NCBI GenBank assembly: GCA_963744145.1
Contig: CAVUSO010000001.1
Coordinates: 96,001 to 160,000, forward strand
Reading direction: 5' to 3'
Length of the DNA: 64,000 nt
Source of the DNA: an uncultured cyanobacterium
GTDB taxonomy: Bacteria > Cyanobacteriota > Cyanobacteriia > Cyanobacteriales > CAWUOF01
In this document: in pieces, positions 21,091-30,742 of the stretch
How the letters are laid out: each line of letters begins with the position of its first letter
How positions within the stretch are numbered: the stretch's first letter is position 1
The notes under the pieces: generated by a model
What the model was told of the DNA's origin: nothing
Databases searched by the model: none
Seen by the model: the letters and a program-made list of their open reading frames with translations, nothing else
Translations under genes and position numbers: made by a program

Positions 21091-22431
21091 ATGCTAGAAT
21101 TACTACAATCAGGACTAATTTCGATGTGGTTACAGTTAGCTTGGCTCCAAGTAGATGGGCAGTTACTGAAACCCCAACCAGGGTTTTCCCTGATGCTTTG
21201 GCCTGGTGTACCTGGTTTTGTTCTCCCAGGTAATCAAGACCCAATTACGCAAAATACCGTACAACAATATTTACAAAAATTATCTAGTCATGGCATCACA
21301 GTTTCTCATCAAGGAATATGGATGCAATCTGGATTAGCAGAACTAGCTAACTACCAAGGAACAGTACCTCGGTCGGCGGCTTCTTTGACCAAAGTGGCGA
21401 CCTCTTTGGTAGCTTTGCAGCAATTAGGTCCAAATTATCAGTTTGCGACTCTGATTAAAGCTAAAGGACCAGTAACCAATGGGGTAGTCCAAGGAGATTT
21501 ACTGGTGATTGGGTCTGGTGATCCCCTATTTGTCTGGGAAGAAGCGATCGCTGTAGGTAATGCTTTGAATCAGATGGGAATTAAGCGTGTTAATGGTAAT
21601 TTGATCGTCTCTAGTCAGTTTTATATGAATTATGAAGATAATCCCAGGGTAGCTGGTGAGTTACTTCTAGAAGCTTTAGATGCAACGAAATGGTCGGTGG
21701 AAGCGACAGAAGCATTCTCGACTTTGCCTCAAAATACACCAAAACCGCAAGTAGAAATTTTGGGTCAGGTCAAGGTAGCTACTGGTAATCTATCTGACCA
21801 GGATGCAGTATTACTTTTGCGTCATCAGTCTCCCATTTTGGCGAACCTAATTAAGGAGATGAATAAATTTAGTAATAATGAGATGGCACATATGTTAGCC
21901 CATGTGGTTGGTGGCTCCGAGGTGATCCAAACCCAAGCTGCTGATAGTGCTGGTGTACCAGAAAATGAAATTCAACTGATTAATGGTTCTGGTCTGGGTG
22001 TGGAAAATCGAATTTCTCCACGAGCAGTTGGTGCGATGTTGGTCGCGATCCAAAGCTATGTCCAAAAGTTTGGACTGAGCGTAGCTGATTTATTTCCGAT
22101 CGCAGGTTTTGAACCCAGTACAGTAGATGGTAGAAAAATTCCCCCTGGTACGGTGGTGAAAACGGGCACTTTATCAGCGGTTAGTGCTTTAGCTGGGGTA
22201 ATTCCTAGTCGCGATCGCGGTTTAGTTTGGTTTGCGATTATCAATAGTGGTGATGATGTCGATGCTTTGCGTGATGGTCAAGATGAACTACTCCAACAAT
22301 TAATCAAGCAATGGGGAACTGTAACTACGATCCCAAAACCGATCGCTCCTCATACTAAAGTCGGTAGTCCTCCCGATTTTTCTTTTGGAGATCCCAAACG
22401 TAATGAAATCTTCTTCTCTGCTAGGGGATAA
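21091..22431 (+). CDS. dacB: D-alanyl-D-alanine carboxypeptidase/endopeptidase (PBP4, S13); ATG start preferred over GTG at 21079
   Basis: ASLTK (SxxK), GSGDP, SNN, NGSGL, KTGTL. Confidence 0.88.
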   Translation: MLELLQSGLISMWLQLAWLQVDGQLLKPQPGFSLMLWPGVPGFVLPGNQDPITQNTVQQYLQKLSSHGITVSHQGIWMQSGLAELANYQGTVPRSAASLTKVATSLVALQQLGPNYQFATLIKAKGPVTNGVVQGDLLVIGSGDPLFVWEEAIAVGNALNQMGIKRVNGNLIVSSQFYMNYEDNPRVAGELLLEALDATKWSVEATEAFSTLPQNTPKPQVEILGQVKVATGNLSDQDAVLLLRHQSPILANLIKEMNKFSNNEMAHMLAHVVGGSEVIQTQAADSAGVPENEIQLINGSGLGVENRISPRAVGAMLVAIQSYVQKFGLSVADLFPIAGFEPSTVDGRKIPPGTVVKTGTLSAVSALAGVIPSRDRGLVWFAIINSGDDVDALRDGQDELLQQLIKQWGTVTTIPKPIAPHTKVGSPPDFSFGDPKRNEIFFSARG

Positions 22432-23575
22432 TTTGGGTTACTACCCGACCACCTGTATTACCAGTAATCACCACCGTTTGATCTTGCAGTTTACCAAAAC
22501 CTTTCGGTCCGTTTAAGTTAAGCGGTGGGTCAGTTTGTTGATAAAAGACATTACCCTCAGCAGCAATTTCTTGGGTAGGAAGAAACCAGGTCATCTGATC
22601 TGCTCTCATTTGGGATTTCTTTTCAGTATTCACCCCCGTGACCTTACCAATTAAATAGCAGATTTTTTTCTCTAAATCTACCCAACCTTGTTCAGCATTT
22701 AAAATCATTGGTTGTTGTCGGTGGACTATTTGAATTGGTTGGTCGGATACTACTTTTTTCGCGTCTAAATTCCAAGTTAACAAGTTGCTATATATTTGCA
22801 CTGGTGGTTCTAGTAAGGTGATTTGGGCATTTTGCTTGAGTAGAGAAATTTTGGTTTTCAGATTGACTTCACCTTGATTACCTAATCCCCGATCAGTCAC
22901 ATTGGCACCTTGGTAACGATCGATTTGGATCGGGCGATCGCTGATAATTTCTTGCTTTGCCATATTCCAAACTAAATGTTCTCCCCGCATTTGCAAAGGG
23001 GGATCTTTAGCAACTGCGATTACTTGACCAAAAAATTCCATCCTTCTAGCCCGACTAAATACTCTTGCTTCCGTCGCAGTTGCTTGAATTTGAGCATGAG
23101 TTCCATTTACTTGCTGACGCACAATTAATAAATCTTCTTTGGGACGCCATTCCACTTCTTTACCAGTCAATACTGCTTGATCTTTAACCGCCGTCGCGAC
23201 AATATTACCACGGAGAAAAATTGTTTGACCATCCTGTTTTACTTCTCCCTTGGTAGCTTTAATCCGATAGACTAATTGACCATCTTGGTAAAATTCCCCG
23301 TCAGGATTTTGCACGATCGCTGTTTGCTGATCTTTGGTGTAATCTGCTTGATTAGATTTTACTTTCCACCAGAGTTGCCCTTTTTCATTAGCTTGTTCTA
23401 AAATTACATTCTTAAAAATTAGATTCGATTTTAATTGTTGTGCTGCTGCACTATCTTCAACTAATTTTTTGGCAGTTTGATTTTCCCCTTGACAAGCTTC
23501 TAACCATAACAGTAAAATTCCTAATCCTAGGATTTTTTTGGCTAATTTATTTGGTGGTCTCAATAATTTGCTCAT
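22421..23575 (-). CDS. lptC: LPS export periplasmic protein LptC-like (repeated beta-jellyroll), lipoprotein
   Basis: LEAC lipobox; LEQANEKGQLWWKVK; repeated LptC-like strands. Confidence 0.75.
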   Translation of the reverse strand: MSKLLRPPNKLAKKILGLGILLLWLEACQGENQTAKKLVEDSAAAQQLKSNLIFKNVILEQANEKGQLWWKVKSNQADYTKDQQTAIVQNPDGEFYQDGQLVYRIKATKGEVKQDGQTIFLRGNIVATAVKDQAVLTGKEVEWRPKEDLLIVRQQVNGTHAQIQATATEARVFSRARRMEFFGQVIAVAKDPPLQMRGEHLVWNMAKQEIISDRPIQIDRYQGANVTDRGLGNQGEVNLKTKISLLKQNAQITLLEPPVQIYSNLLTWNLDAKKVVSDQPIQIVHRQQPMILNAEQGWVDLEKKICYLIGKVTGVNTEKKSQMRADQMTWFLPTQEIAAEGNVFYQQTDPPLNLNGPKGFGKLQDQTVVITGNTGGRVVTQIIP

Positions 23576-23582
23576 TTATTTA

Positions 23583-23651
23583 GTAGGGGCGAAGCATTCG
23601 GGCGATAATTGAACAATCAAACGAGTAATATTATACCCGAATGCTTCGCCC
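23583..23651. repeat. GTAG-tagged REP-like inverted repeat
   Basis: GTAGGGGCGAAGCATTCGGG ... CCCGAATGCTTCGCCC. Confidence 0.8.
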
Positions 23652-23731
23652 TTCTTCGCGGAGAGTTCCCAAAATATTTTAACTGAATGTATTTTAATAT
23701 ATAGTTGATCTGTTGGCTGCATAGATGGCGA

Positions 23732-23874
23732 GGGCAAAGCATTTCGGTCATATTATTCTTCCCTTCGACTACGCCCTTCGACTTCGCCCTTCGACTCCGC
23801 TCAGGGTAAACTCAGGGTAAACTCAGGGTAAACGCTTAAGCAATCATTTATGCGCCGAAATGCTTTGCCCCTAC
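23732..23874. repeat. REP-like inverted repeat containing a triple-nested 24-nt small dispersed repeat (23761-23832)
   Basis: GGGCAAAGCATTTCGG ... CCGAAATGCTTTGCCCCTAC around (CCCTTCGACT[A/T/C]CG)x3 (CTCAGGGTAAA)x3. Confidence 0.85.
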
Positions 23875-23897
23875 GGGTAACTGCACGGGATTGATTT

Positions 23898-23937
23898 ATA
23901 GCTAATCACTATTAATTAATATTTAGTGATTAGCTAT
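23898..23937. terminator. Hairpin just downstream of NYN gene
   Basis: ATAGCTAATCACTA ... TAGTGATTAGCTAT, perfect 14-bp stem. Confidence 0.5.
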
Positions 23938-23948
23938 CATTAATTAGC

Positions 23949-24563
23949 CTAGGGATCTTCGCGATCGTCCATCAACCCAATTCCCGATAGCGGTCGGTAA
24001 GTATAACCATTGTGATTCTGACGCGAAATTTTTTGGATATCGTCTTTAATGGTTTCGAGATCAATATAGCGATCGGCAACATTAATCAGACTATCGCTCG
24101 TCATCGATCGCAAACTCACTACTTCCACCCGCACCCCACGATAACATACAGCATCGACTGCATAAGCCAGATCCCCGTCTCCACTAACTAAAACTGCTGT
24201 ATCGTAAGAACCCACTAAAGCCATCATATCTACTGCTATTTCTACATCCAGGTTAGCTTTTTTAGAGCCATCGGGTAGTTGGACTAATTCCTTCGCAATG
24301 ACCCGATAACCATTACGACGCATCCACAGTAAGAATCCTTGTTGTTTTTCATTAGTCCGATCGACACCAGTGTAAAAAAAAGATCGTAATAATCGCGATC
24401 CCGCCGTGAGACGGCACAGCATTTTGGTATAATCGATTTCTATGCCCAATTGTAGTGCGGCATAAAACAAATTCGAGCCATCAATAAAAATTGCTACACG
24501 ACCACGATTTTCTAATACCTGTTCCGGGGTAAATACGGAGATGTTTTCTTGATGATTCAACAT
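23949..24563 (-). CDS. NYN domain protein (LabA/DUF88 family)
   Basis: IFIDGSNL, KANLDVEIAVD, LVSGDGDL. Confidence 0.9.
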   Translation of the reverse strand: MLNHQENISVFTPEQVLENRGRVAIFIDGSNLFYAALQLGIEIDYTKMLCRLTAGSRLLRSFFYTGVDRTNEKQQGFLLWMRRNGYRVIAKELVQLPDGSKKANLDVEIAVDMMALVGSYDTAVLVSGDGDLAYAVDAVCYRGVRVEVVSLRSMTSDSLINVADRYIDLETIKDDIQKISRQNHNGYTYRPLSGIGLMDDREDP

Positions 24564-24707
24564 GGTTATTATTCCTCAGTTTTTTATGAAAAATAGTATT
24601 GATATGGACTAGAAAAAAGTAAAATTGCCCTCCTCACCTGGTTGATCATGGGCATAATCCAATTACACCCTGAGACCATCTATCCTGATTGGTCATCCTG
24701 GACATTC

Positions 24708-26315
24708 CTAGGATGAAACAATTTCTAGTAGCTCCAACCGCTGAAATACCGGACGCGGTTCTCCTAATTTTTGTCCTGCAGTTAAAATTCCCCAGGTGCC
24801 ATGAATGGCAAAAGTTGCAGAAACATCAGTTAAATTTTTGTTGTCAAAGTTGAGAGAATATCCTAACTGTTCATAAACAGCACTGCTGATCGTTGGAGTT
24901 ATCGGTGATAAAAGATATGCAGCTAATCTCACCGATTCTAAAACGCTATACAAAACTTGTTCAACTGCTGCTTGCTGCCCTTGTTTGTATAATGTCCAAG
25001 GTGCTTGCTCGTCGATATATTTGTTACCAGTTTTGACTAGGTTCAGGATCGCTATACTCCCTCGACTAAAATCTAGATTTTCATAAGCGATCGCTACCTG
25101 TTCTCCTAATTCTAACCCAATTTTTTTCAGTTGGTGATCCTCGGCAATTTTTTCACTGGTAATATTCGGCACTATCCCTTGGCAATATTTATAAGCCATC
25201 CCCATAGTCCGATTCAGTAAATTCCCTAAATCATTGGCTAAGTCAGAATTCAGGATATTGATAAATCTGGTTTGATTAAAATCTCCATCCTGTCCAAATT
25301 CAATTTCTTTGAGAAAATAATATCGAACTGCGTCAGCACTATACTGATTGATCAACCCTAGGGGATCAATGATATTGCCTAAAGTTTTACCCATTTTTTT
25401 CCCATCTTTGGTTAAAAATCCATGTCCAAATATTTGTTTGGGTAGGGGTAACTGAGCTGACATTAACATAGCTGGCCAATAAACAGCATGAAAACGCAGA
25501 ATATCTTTACCAATGAGATGGAGATTAATGGGCCACCACTTAGCTAAAGCATTGGCTAGGGTGGGTTGATCATCTGGCTCTAGTAGGGCTGTAATGTATG
25601 CTAGTAGAGCATCAAACCAGACATAAATGGTATGACGGGGATCAACGGGAAAAGGAATTCCCCATTCCACATTAACTCGGGAAATCGAAAAATCTTGTAA
25701 CCCTTGAGCCACAAAGTTGAGGACTTCATTCCGACGACTCTGGGGTCTAATGAAGTCAGGTTGTGCTTGATAGAGGGCTTCTAGTTGTGTTTGATATTTA
25801 GATAGACGAAAGAAGTAGTTTTCTTCATCCCTCCATTCAGCGGGACGATTAGTATGAATTGCACAACATTTTCCTTCCACCAGTTCCCGTTCTTCTTTAA
25901 ATTCTTCGCAAGATACACAATACCAGCCTTTTTGTTGACCAATATAGATGTCACCCGCATCCCAAACTAGCTCAAAAAACTCTTTGACAATAATTTCATG
26001 ACGGGGATCGGTGGTCCGAATAAAGCGATCATAGCTAATTTTTAGCTGCTGCCATAAGGTCTCGAAACTTCCTGCAATTAGATCGCAATGCTCTTGTGGC
26101 GATCGCCCATTACTGGTTGCTGTCCGCTCGATTTTCTGGCCATGTTCATCTGTACCTGTAATTAGTCTAACTTCTTTACCTCTTAATCTTTGATATCTTG
26201 CCACGGCATCTGCGGCTATGGTGGTGTAGGCACTGCCTATATGGGGTAAATCGTTGACATAATAGACAGGTGTGGTGAGGGCAAATGTGTTTTTATTGTT
26301 ATTTTTTGATTCCAT
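24708..26315 (-). CDS. metG: Methionyl-tRNA synthetase
   Basis: YVNDLPHIGSAY (HIGH), GTDEHGQK, YVWFDAL, KMGKT (KMSKS-like). Confidence 0.96.
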   Translation of the reverse strand: MESKNNNKNTFALTTPVYYVNDLPHIGSAYTTIAADAVARYQRLRGKEVRLITGTDEHGQKIERTATSNGRSPQEHCDLIAGSFETLWQQLKISYDRFIRTTDPRHEIIVKEFFELVWDAGDIYIGQQKGWYCVSCEEFKEERELVEGKCCAIHTNRPAEWRDEENYFFRLSKYQTQLEALYQAQPDFIRPQSRRNEVLNFVAQGLQDFSISRVNVEWGIPFPVDPRHTIYVWFDALLAYITALLEPDDQPTLANALAKWWPINLHLIGKDILRFHAVYWPAMLMSAQLPLPKQIFGHGFLTKDGKKMGKTLGNIIDPLGLINQYSADAVRYYFLKEIEFGQDGDFNQTRFINILNSDLANDLGNLLNRTMGMAYKYCQGIVPNITSEKIAEDHQLKKIGLELGEQVAIAYENLDFSRGSIAILNLVKTGNKYIDEQAPWTLYKQGQQAAVEQVLYSVLESVRLAAYLLSPITPTISSAVYEQLGYSLNFDNKNLTDVSATFAIHGTWGILTAGQKLGEPRPVFQRLELLEIVSS

Positions 26316-26697
26316 ACAGGTTTGAAAACTAATCCCCTTAATCAGCTTAATTTTTGCATGGGGGAAGGTAATTAACTAAATTCTAATAGCCTTTCGTAAA
26401 CAATCCTTTTGCTCAGGCGTTTACCTGATTATAAATATTCGTAATCATAGGATTATTTTTGCTAATAAAACATTAAATAAATATTAATTTAATTGACAAT
26501 AATGAGTAATTGAGGTCGCTGGTAGGTTGCTCAAGAAAATAAAATCTCTAAAAGAATAGCTGACAAAATCGATCAACCATATAATTAAGATGATGCAGTA
26601 ATGATTACAGGTGATGGACAACGGCATGATGATCACCATAATCTGGGCCCGTGATCTAAGTAGTGGGACGTGATCATCGTGAATGATCAAATAGAAA

Positions 26698-27489
26698 ATG
26701 TCAAAAAATTCTAGTCATCCTGATTTTTTAAAGCCAAACAAGTTCCAGCCAGATTACCCATTGTTTATATTTTTACCAGGAATGGATGGTACAGGAAAAC
26801 TTTTGCGATCGCAAGTGACTGACTTAGAAAATGTTTTTGATGTTCGCTCGCTCTCCATTCCCCCTAACGACCGGATGACTTGGGATGTTTTGACCAACCA
26901 AGTTGTATCTTTGCTCAAAGCCGAGTTAAATCAAAAAATCAATCAAACGGTTTATCTATGTGGAGAATCGTTTGGTGGTTGTTTAGCGATGAAAGTAATT
27001 TTGCTAGCACCGACATTAATTAAACGTTTAATTTTAATTAATCCAGCTTCAGCTTTTCATCAAAATCCTTGGATCGCTTGGGGATCGCAGATCACGCAAT
27101 GGGTTCCAGATTGGTTATACCAGGGAGCGATGCTAGGGGTTTTACCATTTTTAGCAGCTTTAGAAAGAATTAACATTAGCAACCGTTATGCTTTGTGGAA
27201 AGCAATGCAATCTGTACCCCAGGAAAATTCGGTTTGGAGACTATCCTTACTAAAACATTTTCAGATCAGTGCTGAACAGTTAGGTCAGCTGACTCATCCA
27301 GTATTATTAATTGCCAGTGGATCTGATCGACTATTACCCTCGGTCGCTGAATCAGAATATTTACTGAAGTGTTTCTCCCATGCTACCAGAGTAATTCTCC
27401 CTAATAGTGGTCATGCTTGTTTGTTGGAAACAGAGATCAATTTAGTGGATATTTTGAGAAAATCTGGATTTTTGCCATTTTCCCACTAG
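26698..27489 (+). CDS. Alpha/beta fold hydrolase
   Basis: LPGMDGTG, GESFGG nucleophile elbow, SGHACLLE. Confidence 0.88.
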   Translation: MSKNSSHPDFLKPNKFQPDYPLFIFLPGMDGTGKLLRSQVTDLENVFDVRSLSIPPNDRMTWDVLTNQVVSLLKAELNQKINQTVYLCGESFGGCLAMKVILLAPTLIKRLILINPASAFHQNPWIAWGSQITQWVPDWLYQGAMLGVLPFLAALERINISNRYALWKAMQSVPQENSVWRLSLLKHFQISAEQLGQLTHPVLLIASGSDRLLPSVAESEYLLKCFSHATRVILPNSGHACLLETEINLVDILRKSGFLPFSH

Positions 27490-27529
27490 CGATCGCTAAC
27501 CAGAATCTGTTATGCTCAAGATTGATATT

Positions 27530-27601
27530 GGGTGACTAGCTCAACGGTAGAGCACTGGACTCTTAATCCATTGGTTCAGGGTTCGAATCCCTGGTCACCC
27601 A
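27530..27601 (+). tRNA. tRNA-Lys(CTT)
   Basis: GGGTGAC/GTCACCC acceptor stem, anticodon loop CT-CTT-AA, GGTTCGAATCC T-arm. Confidence 0.93.
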
Positions 27602-27615
27602 TCAAGATTTTGGGC

Positions 27616-27728
27616 GTAGGAGTGAAGCATTCGGGCGAAATTGAGCGCTCAGGTTTTACCTGAGCGTCCCTAGTGTAGTGGAAGTGGATCCCGAAGGGTC
27701 GCTAGTATTGGATCCGAATACTTCGCCC
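27616..27728. repeat. REP-like inverted repeat with degenerate small-repeat insert
   Basis: GTAGGAGTGAAGCATTCGG ... CCGAATACTTCGCCC; internal CGCTCAGG-TTTTA-CCTGAGCG (27646-27666). Confidence 0.7.
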
Positions 27729-27738
27729 TCTATATGAC

Positions 27739-28860
27739 TTAGGGTTTGATGGAGTCAACCGCTGTTTTTACTTTGGTTACTACTTCTGGAGGTAAGGGAA
27801 TATAACCTTTATCAGGGCTAGATTTTTGTCCATCGGTTAAAGCCCAGTTCAACACATCTTTTAATGCTTTGGCGGTGTCAGGTTTATCGTACTTTTGGTA
27901 AGCCAGAATCCAGGTATAAGTAACAATGGGATAAGAAGCATCACCTTCGGGATCAGAAATAAAAGCACGTAGATTTTCTGGTAATTGCACCGAAGCTAGG
28001 GTTTTAGCCCCAGATTCTGGAGTAGCTTCAACATACTTACCGGCTTTATTTTCTAAAACCGCCATATTCAATTGATTTTGTTTGGCGTAGCCATATTCAG
28101 TATAGCTAATTGTACCTTTGGTTTGTTTAAGTAAAGTAGTGATCCCTTCATTACCCTTAGCACCTACAAAACCATCATTTTTTGGCCATTCGACAGTTTT
28201 ACCATCTCCAATCGAGCTTTTCCATTCTGGGCTAATGGCACTTAAATGCTTAGTAAAAACAGCAGTTGTACCACTACCATCGGCTCGGTGTACTACAGTA
28301 ATTGGTAAAACTGGCAACTTCAGTTCTGGGTTAGCTGCAACAATCTTAGGATCATTCCATTTGGTAATTTTGCCAGAAAATATATCAGTATAAACTGCCC
28401 GTGATAGCTTGAGACCAGCTGACACATCAGGTATGTTATAAGCTATAACTATGCTACCAGCAGTCATGGGTAATAAAACTACACCTTTGTCTTTGGGAAC
28501 CTTCGCTATTTCCTCGTCCTTCATGGCCACATCACTAGCCCCAAAGTCTACCGTTCCTTTGATTACTTGCTCTACACCTGCACCACTACCAGAGGATTGA
28601 TAGCTAATTTGGACATTAGGATGAAGTTTATTGTAACTGGCAAACCAATCTTGATACAAAGGAGCAGGAAAAGTTGCACCTGCACCACTCAAACTAATCG
28701 TCGGACCAGCTGCGGGTGGGGGTGCATTGGTACTTGTTGGTGGTGTAGTTGTTCCTTCTGGAGCAGGTGGTTTGGGTTTTGGCGCACAGGAAGCTATGCT
28801 CAGGGTGAGGGCGATCGCGGGTAGGAAAAAAGCCTTTTTGGTGAAGCTAGGGAAAACCAT
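27739..28860 (-). CDS. pstS: Phosphate ABC transporter substrate-binding protein (start probably ATG 28860)
   Basis: IASC lipobox, GAGATFPAPLY, GSGAG, DFGASD, HRADGSGTT, YPIVTYTW. Confidence 0.94.
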   Translation of the reverse strand: MVFPSFTKKAFFLPAIALTLSIASCAPKPKPPAPEGTTTPPTSTNAPPPAAGPTISLSGAGATFPAPLYQDWFASYNKLHPNVQISYQSSGSGAGVEQVIKGTVDFGASDVAMKDEEIAKVPKDKGVVLLPMTAGSIVIAYNIPDVSAGLKLSRAVYTDIFSGKITKWNDPKIVAANPELKLPVLPITVVHRADGSGTTAVFTKHLSAISPEWKSSIGDGKTVEWPKNDGFVGAKGNEGITTLLKQTKGTISYTEYGYAKQNQLNMAVLENKAGKYVEATPESGAKTLASVQLPENLRAFISDPEGDASYPIVTYTWILAYQKYDKPDTAKALKDVLNWALTDGQKSSPDKGYIPLPPEVVTKVKTAVDSIKP

Positions 28861-28897
28861 TTTTTTTTGTAAAAAGTTATACAGGGGAACAGGGTGA

Positions 28898-28941
28898 ATC
28901 ATACTCCTTAAATGTAAAGAAGAGGTTAAGGCTAGGTTTTT
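28898..28941 (-). promoter_or_regulatory. Pho box (SphR-type) repeats plus -10 upstream of pstS
   Basis: AAAAACCT-N3-CTTAACCT-N3-CTTTACAT at 11-bp spacing followed by TATGAT; fits PyTTAAPyPy(T/A) with mismatches. Confidence 0.65.
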
Positions 28942-29054
28942 TATATTTAACACCCATTTAACCCGAAAATTTTCAATAAGTAGTATTGCGAAGCTTTGGA
29001 TGTCATAAATGTACTAAAATAAATTAAGCACAATATTATTTTCCCCCAAAAGTT

Positions 29055-29813
29055 ATGGAATCTATTCCTTTTTTAAAGGTTGAACAAGAGTCAATTTTTC
29101 TCAATCAATTTATCAAATATCTCCGAGTTGCAACGAGGTTACAACCGATCGTCGGAGAATTTCTGCGCTATTATATTCTCGACCAAGAATTAGCACAACA
29201 CCCAGAAATTAAAATTGAGCCTTTCCAAATTGATCAATCTATCATGGATTTTCGATTGGAGCATCAATTAGCTGATCCCCAGATTTTCCAACGTTGGTTA
29301 ATCACTAATCTGCTTACCTACGAAGAGTTTTATCAGCAAATGGCTTTTAATCTCAAAATTGAACAACTTAAACTTGAACTTACTCAATCAAAAGTAGAGA
29401 CATATTTTAGCGAACGTAAACTTTTTTTAGAGCAAGTGGTTCTGTCCCGGATCATTGTAGAAGAGCCAGAATTAGCTGAAAATCTTAAACAAAAAATTCT
29501 TCATCATCAAAGCTCCTTTGAACAATTAGCTCGGGAAAATTCTATCACCAGTGACCGAATTGTGAATGGGATGATTGGTGCAATTAGTCGGGCTCAAATT
29601 CAAGATCCCTTAAAAACAGCAATAGAGACTACCCAACCTGGGGAAATAATTGGTCCTTTAGCGATCGAAGGAAGATATTTTTTATTTCGGATTGAACAAT
29701 TTATCCATCCAGTGCTGGATGAAGCAACTAAGCACGATTTACAAAATCAGCTATTCGAGCAATGGTTACAAGAAAAATTACAAAAGTTGACCGTTAAGCT
29801 AGAAATGATTTAA
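29055..29813 (+). CDS. PpiC-type peptidyl-prolyl isomerase-like protein
   Basis: VVLSRIIV, FEQLARENS, GG-like NGMIG, PGEIIGP, LFEQWL. Confidence 0.8.
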   Translation: MESIPFLKVEQESIFLNQFIKYLRVATRLQPIVGEFLRYYILDQELAQHPEIKIEPFQIDQSIMDFRLEHQLADPQIFQRWLITNLLTYEEFYQQMAFNLKIEQLKLELTQSKVETYFSERKLFLEQVVLSRIIVEEPELAENLKQKILHHQSSFEQLARENSITSDRIVNGMIGAISRAQIQDPLKTAIETTQPGEIIGPLAIEGRYFLFRIEQFIHPVLDEATKHDLQNQLFEQWLQEKLQKLTVKLEMI

Positions 29814-29816
29814 AAA

Positions 29817-30110
29817 TTAAATATCCTCACCATCATTTTCTTCAAAGGTAGCGACTAAACGTTGGAGAGCATCAGTAAGTTTGGTCAAGCGTTCTAAAGA
29901 ATTTTCTTGAGTTTCTGCTAGAGTTTGTACTGCATCACTCAAGGCAAAAATTTGGTAACCTTGTTGTTGAATTTGCTGTGCTTGTTGTTGGACTTGTGTG
30001 GTTAAGATATCCATTCGTTCAGCCATCCGCTCAATTGTTTCGGTTGTGGCAATCATGGCTTCACCTAGTTGTTCTACAATTGACTCTAAACGAGTTAATT
30101 TAACTTCCAC
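29817..30110 (-). CDS. Hypothetical coiled-coil protein
   Basis: Heptad-rich, QQQGYQIFALS; RBS-like GAGGA upstream. Confidence 0.65.
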   Translation of the reverse strand: MEVKLTRLESIVEQLGEAMIATTETIERMAERMDILTTQVQQQAQQIQQQGYQIFALSDAVQTLAETQENSLERLTKLTDALQRLVATFEENDGEDI

Positions 30111-30742
30111 TCCTCACACCTCTTTTGATTCAATGGTTAATTGGTAGATGGATCGGTAATTTTTGGTAGATCCCTCTGGTTGGGATCTAATGTACCAACT
30201 ATGATCACTAATTAAACATATATGCAGTTAACAGAGATCAAAAATTTTTCCTAGTTTAAAGTCTGGCTGGACTACTGCTCCAATCTCAGTCGCCGTAATT
30301 ATATGATATAGTGGTAATGAGTGGGGTAATGGCCATGATCCGATAATTTTTTGTTGATAAATTTTATTAATATGGCCAATTAGTTTTGGTATATAAAGAT
30401 ACTGCACTGAATATATTGGTGAACTTTGATTATTTTTTTTGATATTAATTAGAAACCCTTGATGAAAGCTGTAGTGGTTTAGTCCTTGATGGTCTGATGA
30501 GTGATTAAAACCTAGGGGAAATATTGATAATGAGCAAATAAATATATTTATTTGCTTCAGGATTAGTCAATTAAATATTGATAAATAATTAATCTCAATG
30601 ATTAAATTAGATCTCGATCATCAAAAATAGGTTAAATTTTTTAGCAAAAACTCAAAAATATGTTAATCTAAAAATATCCGTCCGGAAAGATGATAAAATT
30701 ATTGTTTAATAAATATGAAATTTGTCATTAGAGTAAACCCCA

